The notes under the pieces were generated by a model. The model did no database searches. It was given only the letters and a program-made list of their open reading frames with translations, and was not told where the DNA came from. Positions 1 to 13,688 of a stretch of 64,000 bases of DNA are shown one piece after another. This stretch comes from Octopus sinensis (Eukaryota), in assembly GCF_006345805.1 (NCBI RefSeq), contig NC_043000.1:142414001-142478000 (forward strand), given 5' to 3'. How positions within the stretch are numbered: position 1 is the first letter of the stretch; every line of letters begins with the position of its first letter. Position numbers and translations under genes: made by a program.

Positions 1-12
1 AATTAAAAAAAA

Positions 13-114
13 CTCCAAGATTTAAAGGCAATTCTTCTCGAAAGATATTACTCAACATCAGTAGTTGACAATGGAATAGAACGGGTCAAGACATTTGCGA
101 CCCAAGATGCACTC
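13..114 (+). pseudogene. Penelope-like RT C-terminal relic, truncated by the window edge
   Basis: Frame 1 reads LQDLKAILLERYYSTSVVDNGIERVKTFATQDAL, which aligns by eye with LQELRTTLTNRNYPQPPIDSAIQRVLKLSIEDL of the Penelope ORF at 23803-25566. Confidence 0.55.
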
Positions 115-1009
115 ATACACACACGCGAAACACACATACATACATGCGCTCACAGAACAACCTGACAAATACTAATCACACACATACACACACACCCCAC
201 CAAGACAATTATAACAACACAAACATACGCCAACACACACACACTCACGTACACAGACACTCATGTACACACACATAACAACACCCTGACAAATACTAAT
301 CACAAACATACACACAAACGTGCACACATATACACACACCATTCGACTAAATATAAAATACACACCACTATAAACTCTGGAACCAATCAAAAACGACCCA
401 GCACACAGAAACACAAATACATATATATACACACATGGAGACGTGCAAAGAGACACACACACACCATTCTGACCTCTGAGACCAGTCCCCCAAACCACTG
501 AACAATCACAGACTAGCCAGAAACAATAAAATCATTTCGATTCCGCATTGCTCTTCCCCCACCCCCGCCAACCGATCTCCCACTCTGTCCCTTAAAATAG
601 CAAACATTCCTTAGCTACACACAAGACAAAAAAGACTGCAATTTTTTTGTAAATTCTTAGATATATCTCCTTCTGTGTATATATAAACTACCAAACAATC
701 TTGATTTTTATTGAACTCATAATACTCTTTGTAGTCCCGTTCTGAGTACTTTCTTAAAAACTTTCTTGTAAACAGTTTTTAACATTTTCTTATTATTATC
801 AAAAAATGTGTAACTGTATTTTAATACTTTTGTGCTAACCCGTACTTCACACAACAAAACTTATACAAAGCTTTGCAGTTTAGTTTTGACAATCTTTTTC
901 TAAGAAAGTGAAACCGACCAAGTCAATAAACATCTTTTAAATTGCATTTTGAAACCTTTCATATATATTTCCACTCGTGTGGCACCTTACAACTTCACTT
1001 TGTTATATG

Positions 1010-1041
<32 letters not shown>

Positions 1042-1159
1042 CAGTGATAAAACTCATCAACCGACATGCGCGCACATACATACACAAATATTTATACATT
1101 AAATTATTAATATAATATGCATGTATGTGTGTGTTTGTGTGTGCAAGCATCTATATATT

Positions 1160-2330
1160 GTGTACATAAACTATGCGAGGTTTTTTATCCTGCTTTCATT
1201 TTTCAAAATTTAGATAAAGTAAGTTCGTTTTTAATCTAAACTATACTCACTTTCAATTTCTACAATGCTCTTCCATCTATCTGACAGAGCTGCAGGGCTT
1301 CTCTTCCTAAATTCACTTGTCAGTGACTAAAAATACTCCTCCACTACTGTTCTTCCAAATGGTCTTGATGACTGTGCAATAAATGATAATGATGGGGCAA
1401 TGTCCGGCGAATATGGTGGGTGGAGAATCGTTTCCCCTTGAAACTGCTCCAGTCTTTGGAATGTTATCCTCGCCGTATGCAGCAGTGCATTATCCTGATG
1501 GAAAAACACCTTTCTTCTTGAAACCAACGATAGTCGTTTTTCTTCTAGCGCTGAGTTAAGCCGCTAAGGCTACTCGTAGTAGATCTCCTTTGTTATCGTT
1601 TGGTTTGCGTTTAAACGTTGAAAGTGGACTACACCTTTCATACCCCACCAAACAAATAACAACACCTTACGTAGGTGAATACCTTCCTTAACTTGGGGTG
1701 TCGGTGTTTCTCTTTTTCCTATCCACTATCTTCGGCGCTTGACATTTTCATAGAGAACCCCTTTCTCACCACCAGTCACTATTCGGTCCCCAAAAGGTTC
1801 ATTCGTGAGATGTGACAGCGAAAAAGAGCACACATTTAGTGTCGGCACGTGATTAGACTCGGAAAGTTTGTGAGGAGACCATTGAACCAATTTGCTGACT
1901 TTTCCGATGGCACGCAGGAGTTGATGAATGGTTGAATGACCAAATCCAAGCTTCTCTGCTAGTTCATCAACAGTTATCATGGGATTTTGTTTCAGGGCGT
2001 CCTCGTCGAGCTCTACATATCTGCCAGGATGAGACTCGTCTTCTATGCTGTAGTTTCCAGCTCAGATTTTCTGGAACCACCATTGACACTGGCTTACGCA
2101 TATTGTCCAATCTCCATATACTGCATAAATATTCCTCGCACTTTCCGTTGCGTTGTTGTCTTTATTGAACTCATAAAGAAAAATATGCCAAATATGTCAC
2201 TTGCATTTAGATTTGAAATACTAATTATTAAAATCGAATTGCACTCTTCAGAACTTGTATCAAGAATAAGCACAAGGTAAAATTTGCTTTCCTGGCAAAT
2301 TGATGCAGATTGTTCATCCGACTTTTAGTT
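1160..2330 (-). mobile_element. Degenerate mariner (DD34D) transposon
   Basis: Frameshifted transposase pieces QWSPHKLS and IVTGGEKGVLYEN (1726-1980), and FHQDNALLH and LHPPYSPDIAPS (1327-1527). Ends approximate; TIRs not clearly resolved. Confidence 0.85.
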
Positions 2331-2479
2331 CATGCACTTAAAAAGAACTGCATTACTTACGGGATGACCCATTATATGCGTGTGAGTGAGTGCGAGTATG
2401 TGTATGTGTGTGTATCTGTGTATGTGTGTGTGTTGTGTGTGTGTGCGTGTGCGTGGGCGTACACATATGTGCGGGCGTG

Positions 2480-2677
2480 ACTGTGAGTGATACCGGGCTC
2501 AGTCACACTGCATAGCACCTTTGGCAAGTGTATTCTACTATACCCCGAACGGACGAATGCTTTGTGAGAGGATGTTGATAGCGGAAACTGAAGGAAGCCC
2601 GTCATATATATATATATATATTATATATAGTATATAATATATATATATAATATATATATATATATTATATATATATA

Positions 2678-2714
<37 letters not shown>

Positions 2715-2890
2715 CGCGTGTGTGTGTTATCCCACCCCCGCTACCGCTTGAAAACCGATGTTGGTGCGTTTACCTCTCGTTAGTCTAGCGGATCGGCAAA
2801 AGAGACGGATAGACTAACTACTAAGTTTACAATATGTAAGTCCTGGGGTGAATTTCTTCAGTCGAATGACGGAAAAACAGTAAAAGAATA
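2480..2890 (+). mobile_element. SINE family A, older copy with internal (TA)n(TG)n
   Basis: Similar to 11902-12334 (ggcaagtg...gaaactgaaggaagcccgtc-(TA)n-...ccgcttgaaaaccgatgttggtg...taagtcctggggt). Confidence 0.75.
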
Positions 2891-3198
2891 AAATAATATA
2901 TGTATAGTGTGCATGGTTTTAGATAATCATATATATATATATATACGCTCCTGAAAATATATGCATATATATGCATTCGAATGTGAATACCTAAGAAGGT
3001 AATATATGTACATACCTACATATATGAATCTATTGACTTTTCTTTCTTTTATTCAACGTACCTTTATTCCTCACTCTCAATATTTTAATCCACAACTGGT
3101 ATCGAATGCGGCAAATTATCTCTCTCTTCGTTCTACCAGATTAGTTTAAACGAAACAATATGCGTAGACGCTGTGATATACTCCAGGACACATCCACA

Positions 3199-3242
<44 letters not shown>

Positions 3243-3401
3243 CACGCACACATAAGCAAACAAATGTACACTCAAACACACAAACACACCCATACACTAC
3301 ACACACATACTCATATACATTTGCACACAGACACGCATATGCGTATATGCACGAAATATTTATGTACTTGGTAATGGACACGATAGATTCATATACACAG
3401 C

Positions 3402-3476
<75 letters not shown>

Positions 3477-4360
3477 TGTGTGTGTGTAAACAGATGTTGA
3501 CATTAGAAGGGAAATATATTGGTATAAATCTATTTATCCTTGAAATAATGCGATCTTCAAATTGTATCTCTGCTGCCTCAGAGAATTTTAGTTCTGATAA
3601 ACTCTGATATACAGGGGTCCTCCATTTGAACTAGTTTTTGTTGCTGTTATTTTTGTCATTACTGAACAGCCCCAGGATGAAGGTCATTGAGTAGGCCTAC
3701 GATCAATGGCATTATAGCAATGAACATCCTGCATTTATTCAGACGCACTATATCTAGAACAATATTATCAAATATCCTTACTCCTTTGAACCATGTATAG
3801 AGTGATCTGAAGTAGATTTTTTTACTGTAATTTCTAGAAGGACAAATACCTTTGCAAATATAACAAACTGGCTGAAATTTGTATTCTGTGTTTGTGTTCA
3901 CTGGAATGTGTTTTGGTGGGATTTTTTATGCGGCATAGCCATTCTAACGAACTGTAGCCAGATCTATTGTGAATTCAATGAATTTGGTTCATTTTCTTTC
4001 CGGAATTTGCTACATTTTATACATATGTAAATACAATATATGAGAAAAATAATAAGAGTTGAAAATGTGCTAATTTTTATACAATAGATATAGATATGTT
4101 CATAATTTAAGGTTAATATTTTAAAATAGATTAGTGGAATTTATATGAATATAAAATGGCAAAAATATGTTTTCACCTAACAAAATTTTCATGTAAGTTT
4201 TTGTGTAAAAGTAGGTTTTACGCAGGTAACACAACGAGTGAAAGAGAGAGAGAGAGAGGATGGAGGGGAGAGAGAAGAATTATATATGTGTGTGAGTGTC
4301 TGTGCGTCAGTTGTGCGGGAAAGCGGTATCTTTATATATTTATATTGTTTTTCATATTAG

Positions 4361-4567
4361 GTATTTTTTAACAATAGCCTTGTTGGCAGAAGATTTCTAC
4401 CATTGGTTGAATAATACTTATAAGAACAGACTGTTTGGCAAGGAAGTTTATGAGCAACTCGAGCGACAAAATGTTTTATTAATATCGGCACTTGAAACAA
4501 CATCAGACTCAGAAGTCGATATGTGTAGTATTAATAATGTATATACATGCATAGAGCTACTGTTGCT
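4361..4567 (+). CDS. Candidate internal coding exon, unknown protein
   Basis: Acceptor tttatattgtttttcatattag|G, open frame YFLTIALLAEDFYHWLNNTYKNRLFGKEVYEQLERQNVLLISALE..., possible donor CT|gtaaat (207 bp, phase 2-2). No family recognised. Confidence 0.3.
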
Positions 4568-4859
4568 GTAAATTTTTAATACTGAGTAATTTCAAAAACC
4601 GACGAGTCCCAAACAGCGACGACATTCATCATCGGTCCTGATTTTATTATAAACAAGTTTTCTTGAGAAGTTTCTCCAAGATAAAGCTTTACACCCAGTG
4701 CGCTTCTATCTGTGTATATCCACCATACATTTTATTATATTCGTCGTTCTTTTCAATATTCCACAGATATTGTTGTTCTGAAGTAGTGATTGTTGTTGTT
4801 TAGCTGATCCAAATGTAGCCCTCGCATCTTATTTATGAAGATCCGTATTGTACACTGTT

Positions 4860-5110
4860 CGTGGTTTAGGGATTATAGTGTTGGATTCAAGATCGGGAGA
4901 TTGTGGTTTTAATTCCTAAACCAAAAAGTAAGAAAGAAAGATTCTTGAGCAAAATATTGTATTTCACATTATCCCTCTTCACTTCAGCAACGGTTAGCGA
5001 TTAAACGTGCGAAAAGTTGATGTCCCGAGCAGGAGAGTATTTTCTTGGCGGTCGTTTCAACGCTATGGAAACCGGGATAAGCTCGTGATAGTTATAGGAC
5101 CAATGATATT
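4860..5110 (+). mobile_element. Old, degenerate tRNA-derived SINE-like sequence
   Basis: Eroded A/B-box-like head (gtggtttaggg...gtggttttaattcc) followed by cttgagcaaa...tatttcacatt, resembling a SINE body. Confidence 0.35.
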
Positions 5111-5750
5111 ATCCAATGTATGGTTCTTTTTCAATATTGTAAGGTGTGATCTGAGTAAGATTTAGTTGAAACTTCATGAAAAACCAGGTATCATACGAGG
5201 TTATAAATGATTAGGCTGACGATGTCTATGACTTTGAATAGATAGCACAGATTAGTCCTTAGCTGTGATAAGTGCTATAGAATTCGTGGAAGGAACATTC
5301 GCAATACAATCAACAAAGCATTAGATTTCAGAGTGATAGAAAAAATTTGAACAATTTTATATACGGAGAAATTTTGTATTTCAGTGATGTACAAGTGATA
5401 AGGAAATATCATCCTATTTGTAAGACCAGGTAGAGAGAAACTATCATCATTTCGTTGGTTACGTGTTTTTCTGTAGTCCGCATCTCTTCTCTCAGTTCTC
5501 TCTCAAACAACTGATGAAGTACGTATACGTATCTGCCCTAGGCAAGCTTATCTTGGCTAACATTATTCAATGTTTCCTTCCTTTTTAAGGTACTATGTAG
5601 TAATTTGAGAGACATTTGGATGCCGTTCCTTCTATTAAGGTTTGATCAATATTTGTGTATCCCTCCCTCGATCTTTCAACCGGTCTCTAATGCTTTCCTA
5701 ATCACTCTTTATATATTTGAGTGCGTGTGTGCACGCGTGTATGCGTGTGA

Positions 5751-5800
<50 letters not shown>

Positions 5801-6532
5801 ATACATATAAAAACATTCTTTATATATACGCATTTCTATCCGTCTCTTTATACCTCTCCCTCTGTTTCTCCCTCCCTTTTTCGTTCCCTACACATCCACA
5901 CACATACACGTGAGTATAACTATGTATACGTGTATAAATATATGTATGTATATATATATATATATATATAATATATATGTATGTATATATATATAAACAT
6001 ATATATATATATATAAATAAATATATATATATATATAAATAAATAATATATATATATATATATATATATATTATTATATATATATATATATATAATATAT
6101 ATACACGTCTGTATGCATTTATATTTGGATACACACATACATACTACGCGCACACGTACGCATAAATTCGTATTGTTAATTCACAAATTGATTGTGTTTG
6201 GTCCTCATTGTTATGCAACTTTATCTAATATACTTTATAATTGCTGGACTGTAACTAAGGAATGTTTCTTTGTTTCTTATTTCATTTCCCCAGTTTCTCT
6301 CCAATTATTGTATATAGTGTCTCGCTGAATAACAATTCCCATCGATTATCACACATTGTAAAAATTGATCTTATATCATAATTCCGTCAGAGTATAAGAA
6401 ATGCTCTCATAATAGGAGATTTACTAACCTTTCTGGTAATAGGAGATGGAAAACATTTCTATTTCGACGGTCAACTGACACCATCCACACACACCATCAC
6501 ACATATATAGTATATATAATATATAGTATATA

Positions 6533-6591
<59 letters not shown>

Positions 6592-6628
6592 TATATATAT
6601 ATATAGTATATATATATATATATGTATT

Positions 6629-6704
<76 letters not shown>

Positions 6705-6896
6705 GATATATATAGAGATAGATATATAGATACATATATATGTGTGTGTATATATTTATATATGAGTTTATGTATATACATGAGTGTATGTGTGTGTGCT
6801 TGTGTGTGAGTAGATTTATGCAAATTTAAAGAGAAGAGAAAGTTAAAATGAAAGCTATTCATAAAGAGAGATCGCTAGGGTTTGTTTTTCTGTGTG

Positions 6897-6945
<49 letters not shown>

Positions 6946-7282
6946 TTATATGTACAAATGATACTGATGTCTATTGAAAGCAGTAAAACACTGAAATGTT
7001 ATGTACTAAAGGTTGATTAGGATATTCAAAGAATCAACGGTAATATGAAACTAAATATTGACGTAGTTTTGAACATTTAGAAGCAATTTGCTAAAGGCTC
7101 CTGAAAGAAGAAATGCATCTTATTCTAATAAATTACTTTTATGCTTTTTGTTACATCTATTTTTTTTTTACCGTTCAACTCAACGCTGTTATCTATCTCA
7201 AGGGAGAGTTTAATATACGTTGTTGCATTGTGGATAATTCTTTTAATGCGTGAATCGATAAAGAACGATTTCTTTTCACAAG

Positions 7283-7444
7283 GCATACAGCCAAATTTGA
7301 AAGGAAACTGTGTTTATTCTAAGTCTTCATTCATATTGAAAACTTGTGCTGGTCTTGTTATGTTAGAATTCGCTGAGACACAGCTGCCCTGGGAGTGCTT
7401 GTATTATGGCTTACGGCCAGAGGAATTTTACTTAGTACAACAAG
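7283..7444 (+). CDS. Candidate internal coding exon, unknown protein
   Basis: Acceptor ttcttttcacaag|G and donor CAAG|gtatca; 162 bp, symmetric phase 1; the only open frame reads IQPNLKGNCVYSKSSFILKTCAGLVMLEFAETQLPWECLYYGLRPEEFYLVQQ. Confidence 0.35.
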
Positions 7445-8226
7445 GTATCAGAAATTCTCGTTTACTTTATAATTATTTCAAGGTATACTCATTGAATAAG
7501 CAATGTTATTTTTCTTAATTGCGAACATTAGCACCATAAAATGTTTTAACAGTCAACCAATTTACCATCGACTCAGGCCAGTAGCATTTCAACTGTACGT
7601 TATGGTTGTCTGGTACCTATGATCTATACTCAAAATGGCACAGTTCTTGCAAACCTTAATGAATACAAGGGGTCTATACTCTGAAGGCTTTTCGGTTTTG
7701 TCGGAAATAAAAAAAATGTGAAAGGAATTTGACGATGAGTAGCTCATGTAAGAATGAAAAATACGTCATGGATCTTAGTAACCGTAGTGCCACCGTACAG
7801 GTTTTAACACATCAGCGATAAATATATGAACAAAATTAGAGACAAATGTAAGAATCTGGGCAATGAGGAGCGGATCACATGGCATAATCTATCTAAGCTG
7901 TTGATCTGCAACGCATAGGATGCATATAAATGTAGGTGTGTGTGTGTGTTCTTGTGTGCGCTCAAGTAGATGTGCTGGTTTGTGTACGTGCGTGTGTGCA
8001 TTGAAGTTGTCTTCCTTGTTTGTTTGTATTACTTTCTAAGCAACCATAATCTCAGTTAATCGAATCATTTAAGATTATTATAGTAAATATATCAGATACA
8101 ATATTTCTATTTACTCTGGAGAATGGGCCACTGAAATATCCTCACAACCATTTTGTTTGTATTCATTATAACTTCATTACCCTTTTATTTCCTCTTCTTT
8201 TTTCTTTCCCTTTCTCACTTCACTCT

Positions 8227-8264
<38 letters not shown>

Positions 8265-8341
8265 ATAAACCATTCATTCTCTTGTGATATATATATATAT
8301 ATATCTGTAAATTAATATGTGACAATTATTAGGTAGCCATG

Positions 8342-8400
8342 ATAAAGCTCCGAGTTTCGGATGCCGAGGTGGAAAACCACGCCGCAATCACTTCAGTTAT
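8342..8400 (-). ncRNA. Degenerate hammerhead-ribozyme-like motif
   Basis: Minus strand: ATAA CTGAAG(T) [hairpin ...GTGG TTTT CCAC...GCATCC] GAAA CTCGGAGCT TTAT. Stem I ATAA/TTAT; core mutated; a ~40-nt tail ends at (TA)n near 8303. Confidence 0.4.
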
Positions 8401-8424
8401 CCGGCCATCGGAAAAATGCTAGTT

Positions 8425-8490
<66 letters not shown>

Positions 8491-8502
8491 GTCTATCTCT
8501 CT

Positions 8503-8568
<66 letters not shown>

Positions 8569-9028
8569 ATATATATATATATGCATACAACAAAGTACTC
8601 ATTATATACAAATTCTCGGTGCACCACCGATATAGCTCTGTTATCACCACTCATAAGAGTTCCGATTCAGGAGGGTATCAAGCCAGGAAATAGCATCTCT
8701 CCATAACTCATTGCTAAATGACTAGAAACAGTTATGTTATCGGAGACGAAAGAAATGCCGCTAAGCACTATGTTTTACATGGTAATGATTCTGCTGTCTC
8801 GCCGCCATATGAGCTCAACTAGAATATTTCATATGCTATGTTTAAAAAGTATTCTCTCTGTGGATATTGTCTTTTTTGAAGGCCAGAACTTTTTTTTTCC
8901 CCAGTAATCGTACTTTGCTCTACCGTCCACAAAATAAAAGTATTTTGTATGTTAATATATGTCTTTGATGTCCAACCAAAGAATTCACCATATTTTGGTC
9001 GGCACAGATCGATTGCTGATATTCATGT

Positions 9029-9410
9029 GGATGGGAAGCACTCCGTCGGTTACGACGATGAGGTTTCCGGTTGATCCGAATCAACGGAACAGACTGCTCG
9101 TGAAATTAACGTGTAAGTGGCTGAGCACAGACACGTGCATCCTTAACGTAGTTCTCGGGGATATTCAGCGTGACACAGAGTGACAAGGACGGCCCCTTGA
9201 AATACAGGTACAACAGAAACAGGAAGTAAGAGTGAGAGAAAGCTGTGGTGAAAGAGTACAGCAGGGATCACCACCATCCCTGCCGGAGCTTCGTGGAGCT
9301 TTTAGGTGTTTTCGCTCAATAAACACTCACAACGCCCGGTCTGGGAATCGAAACCGCGATCCTATGACTGCGAGTCCGCTGCCCTAACCACTGGGCCATT
9401 GCGCCTCCAC
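9029..9410 (-). mobile_element. tRNA-derived SINE family B, full length with TSD
   Basis: Minus-strand head GTGGAGGCGCAATGGCCCAGTGGTTAGGG...GGTTTCGATTCCC (A and B boxes); direct repeat TGATATTCATGT at 9017-9028 and 9411-9422. Confidence 0.9.
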
Positions 9411-11593
9411 TGATATTCATGTAGCACAGTATCTGCATGAAAATTTTGACATTTTCATATTCTCCTTTAAGTTTAAATGAATAGAAAGTTGTTACAAATG
9501 CATATCATTTTCCAGAGAGTAATAATAAATAAACACGAAATGGCATTTCAAAACTTCCAGTGGAACTGTCAACAAAATACAAGAACATTTCTCGTGGTCG
9601 ATATTCTTGTAGTCCGATCATCTTCTTTACATTAAGACGTATCTGCACTCCTTTTGATTAGCAGTTATTTTAACTTCTATTTGTAGGCAGTTTCTTTCAG
9701 TTAGCCAAAAGACTAAAACTTGGTAAATTGCTATCAGAGAATGCGGTCTCATATCAGATAATGAATTTCCATTTTTCTCTTTTTTTTTTGAGCACTTTTG
9801 TCGTATCCGAGATCTTGTCTCGAACTCATCTTCACTGTTGTCATCTATAGAACATACTAATTTCTGCATTTCTTTAATGTTTGCGCAAGAAAGGTCAAGC
9901 AAAGAGATAAACCCTGGTAGGTATATGTTCCCTTGCAGATTCCATATATGTTCATTTTTGTTATATCTACTGATTGAAACTTTTTCGAATAAACGAAACA
10001 AAAATAGCAACCACTGATCCCTGTGGTTGCTTTACGGTCCTCAACACTCCATAGGCACTTCAAAGTCAAAATTTGCTTTGTCCATTTGTCCACTACCTGA
10101 GAGACGTAACACAAGCTTTGACAATCTATGGGACATCCGATGACAGATTTTCACTCCAAAATAAGAAAGATATACTTGTTTTCTAAAAGCAATTGTTTTA
10201 CTATATTTTCTAAAGAATATTCGCCAAAGAACTAGAAGACTAAATTTAGATTGTATAAGCTGGCTCTTCGTCATGAAGTAGTAATTACTTCTTTATCTCA
10301 AAGAGATAATGAAAATACAGTTATTAACTATAAAGACAATTTTAATGATAGGTTTGCAATAATATTTAATGAAATAATAATGCGCAAGTGTAAAATATGT
10401 AGATTAATATCCTAGTGCACATGTCAGCATAAGTTGTTGGAAAAATTCAATGATTCAGCGGTATTATCAAAAACATAAAATCAGGCATGTATACAATTTC
10501 ATCATCAGCATTTTAAATACAGTATTTATAAATATAAGTTCCTTTTCCTTTCAAGTAATAGTAAATATGAAATAGTAATGTAAGACGCGGTTGTCTTTTG
10601 AAATAGGATTATCAGCATGTATAAAAAAGAATTCTCTAGAAACGAGTATCGAAGATGTATTATTCTAATATCGGCCAAAGTTTTTATTAATTTTTTTTTA
10701 CAGCAATCATCCTACAGCTAATAATATTGGTTAATACTATATTTAATGTAAATGGATGATATTTTATGAGTAGGAAATTATGTAATTCAGTGTTTTGAAT
10801 AAATATTTGTCCTCTAATAACAGCAGATAACTTATGAAGTATGAATGGAGATTCTCAGTAGAGAATCGAACGCAGAATCGTGAATAACGAAGCCAAATAT
10901 TAGACAAAATCTTGTTAAGCAGCTTCCCGCCGTCACGGCCTTCGTCATTGCCCTATATCTCTCTCCTGTTATTATTTTCTAGACTGAATTGTTGAAATTG
11001 CTAATTAAATAGAAAATGCCACTGATTCAAACGAAACAATTTCAACGAATTGATTTTAGTTTATTTTCTTTTATTTCATTTCGCTATTTTAAATCTCTAT
11101 TGCTTTTCATGTATATTATTTTATTTGTTTGTATTATGACTTTGATAGAATTTTGATTTTTGTAATTAATAAGAAACTATATTTCAGATAATGTTGGTTT
11201 TATTCTATCTGTTTCCGTTCTTTATCATATTTTCGTTTTTAATTAGCAAAAATATGCACAGCCAAGCAATTAAAAACCTTCTCCCATTATTAAATAGAAA
11301 CAAATAAAATATTGCAATGCTTACAAAAGACACTTAATTATTAGCGAACATACTTCAATGCGAGATATTGAATTATACACTAGTCGGTAATTTTGCTTCA
11401 AAAATTACTTAAACGTTTTATTTTAAATATATAATACCTCAATATTCTAGGAATGTATTGTTGATTTATTTAATAAGTTTGTTTTTAATTAAAAACAAGC
11501 CATAGATATACAAAGAGATAAATCGATAAATGCTACATATCAAAATAAAAGGCATGTGTTTAGTATATTATAAATGCATTCATATATGCATAC

Positions 11594-11698
11594 AAGTATA
11601 TGTGTACGTGGGAATATGAATGCGTGCGTGTTTTGGCGAACGGTTAAGAATTTTTTATCGCAATCACGAGAATCCAGTTCGAAATCGCTGTCTGCCAT
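11594..11698 (-). CDS. Candidate first coding exon of a minus-strand gene
   Basis: AAGATGGC start context (YY1/Kozak-like), CCAAT about 30 nt upstream, local CpG enrichment, frame MADSDFELDSRDCDKKFLTVRQNTHAFIFPRTHIL, donor CTT|gtatgc. Confidence 0.35.
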
Positions 11699-11901
11699 CT
11701 TCGAAAAGTAACGACGCATGCAATTTGATTGGTATGAGATAGACGAAAGCAGCATAGAAGGTCATCTATAGCATTATACGAGCAATTCAAAGGCTGCGCA
11801 TATTTGAAATGCAGAGCCTCTTATATATTAATTTAGTCAATCGGACAATTGAAACCTTATAGACGTGCGACAGAAGGCCATCTCCACTATATACATATAT
11901 A

Positions 11902-12081
11902 GGCGCCGGAGTGGCTGTGTGGTAAGTAGCTTGCTTACCAACCACATGGTTCCGGGTTCAGTCCCACTGCGTGGCATCTTGGGCAAGTGCCTTCCGCTAT
12001 AGCCTCGGGTCGACCAATGCCTGGTGAGTGGATTTGGTAGACGAAACTGAAAGAAGCTTGTCGTATATATGTATATATATA

Positions 12082-12135
<54 letters not shown>

Positions 12136-12334
12136 ATGTTTGTGTGTCTGTGTTTGTCCCCCTAGCATTGCTTGACAACAGATGCTGGTGTGTTTACGTC
12201 CCCGTCACCGATACAATAACTACTGGGCTTACAAAAATAAGTCCCGGGGTCGAGTTGCTCGATTAAAGGCGGTGCTCCAGCATGGCCGCACTCAAATGAC
12301 TGAAACAAGTAAAAAAGAAAAGAGTAAAAGAGTA
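11902..12334 (+). mobile_element. tRNA-derived SINE family A, full length, internal (TA)n(TG)n
   Basis: A box GTGGCTGTGTGG, B box GGTTCAGTCCC; body shared with 2480, 46320, 58313 and 62857; 3' tail gaaacaagtaaaa...(GAGTAAAA)n. Confidence 0.92.
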
Positions 12335-12346
12335 TATATAATGTGT

Positions 12347-12412
<66 letters not shown>

Positions 12413-12704
12413 CTGAGTGTAAAGGATCAAGGGGAAGCAAGTCAGTAAGCTTCAGGAAATCCGTAGATGATATAAAACCAACTTTCAGGAACAACAGTGA
12501 TTTATTTGCGCAGAGGCCGTGAACGTTTCCCATATCGAAGTACGATAAGCTGAAAGAAGTTAATTTTATAATTCACAGTCAGCAACAGGAGTCGTCGTTT
12601 ATGGAAATAAACATAAAAAATTTAGGGAATGGAATGGATAAAATCCATGCTCAGGTATTCTTCATAGTTAGTGGAACCTTGAGAGTAGTGAATTATTCAA
12701 CTGT

Positions 12705-12826
12705 GGGTAGACCGCAAGTTACTCTTCAGGTCATCTTTGAGTCAACGTAGGTTCGCCCTAAGACAACAATGTAAACTTTATATAATCAAGGTATCCTTGG
12801 CCTGAAGAGTAACTTGCGGGCTACCC
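12705..12826. repeat. 29-bp inverted repeat (2 mismatches) with 64-nt spacer
   Basis: gggtagaccgcaagttactcttcaggtca (12705-12733) versus tggcctgaagagtaacttgcgggctaccc (12798-12826). Confidence 0.85.
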
Positions 12827-13069
12827 CTCGTTTATATTATTTACCACTTCCGAGATTCCATCATTTATGAAACATATGTAGCCTGAATTTCATCTGCTCT
12901 GGTCCATTCCATATTTTTCTGTATATATATATGTATATATACATGCACACACACACACACACGCATATATATATATATATATATATATAGTATATATTTA
13001 TATATATACGCACACACACACACACATATATATATATGTATATATATACATATATATATATATATATGC

Positions 13070-13119
<50 letters not shown>

Positions 13120-13163
13120 GTATGTATATGTGTGTATGCGTGTGTGTACATGTATGCATGTAT

Positions 13164-13237
<74 letters not shown>

Positions 13238-13688
13238 CATATTTAGCGTAAGTATATTTTTGAAGAATCAGAGAATACTTTTATAAACGTATGTTTAAGC
13301 CACATCATAGAGCAACCCGAAGCAAAATCTTCTCGGAAGTGAATATGAGAAAGTCGATTGAATATTTCGCAGAATCTGCGGTTTGCTAAGTACGACTCGA
13401 GTCCCTTCCTACATGAAGTCTTCTAAGCCACTTTGAAATGTATATAATCAGTGAATAAACAAATCATTGAGCAGGTTTAAAGGGTGCAAGGTTGAATAAA
13501 ATTTGTATTAAGAAGTATCGCTAGAATAACATCTTAATACGATGTTATTCTCACAAGTATATATGCATTCCTGTATGCATACCTATATGTACGTAGGTAG
13601 GTATGTCGGTTGGTAGATAGGTAGTAGGTATGCATGTATGCTTATATATATATATATATATATATATATAGATATATATATATATATT

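Noticed and set aside
5505-5535. CTGATGA A GTACG-tata-CGTAT
   Set aside because: No GAAA or stem III follows. Similar core-only matches near 10490 (minus) and 31603 lack stem II.
5820-6862. Many ORFs rich in YI, CV, HT, LSIY, poly-I/L/S/V here and throughout the window
   Set aside because: They are translations of (TA)n, (TG)n, (GATA)n and trinucleotide microsatellites, not genes.
9340-9410. tRNA-like sequence (also at 11902, 29340-29417 and 48948)
   Set aside because: These are SINE heads: they continue into repeat bodies with TSDs or tails, and no complete cloverleaf was evident.
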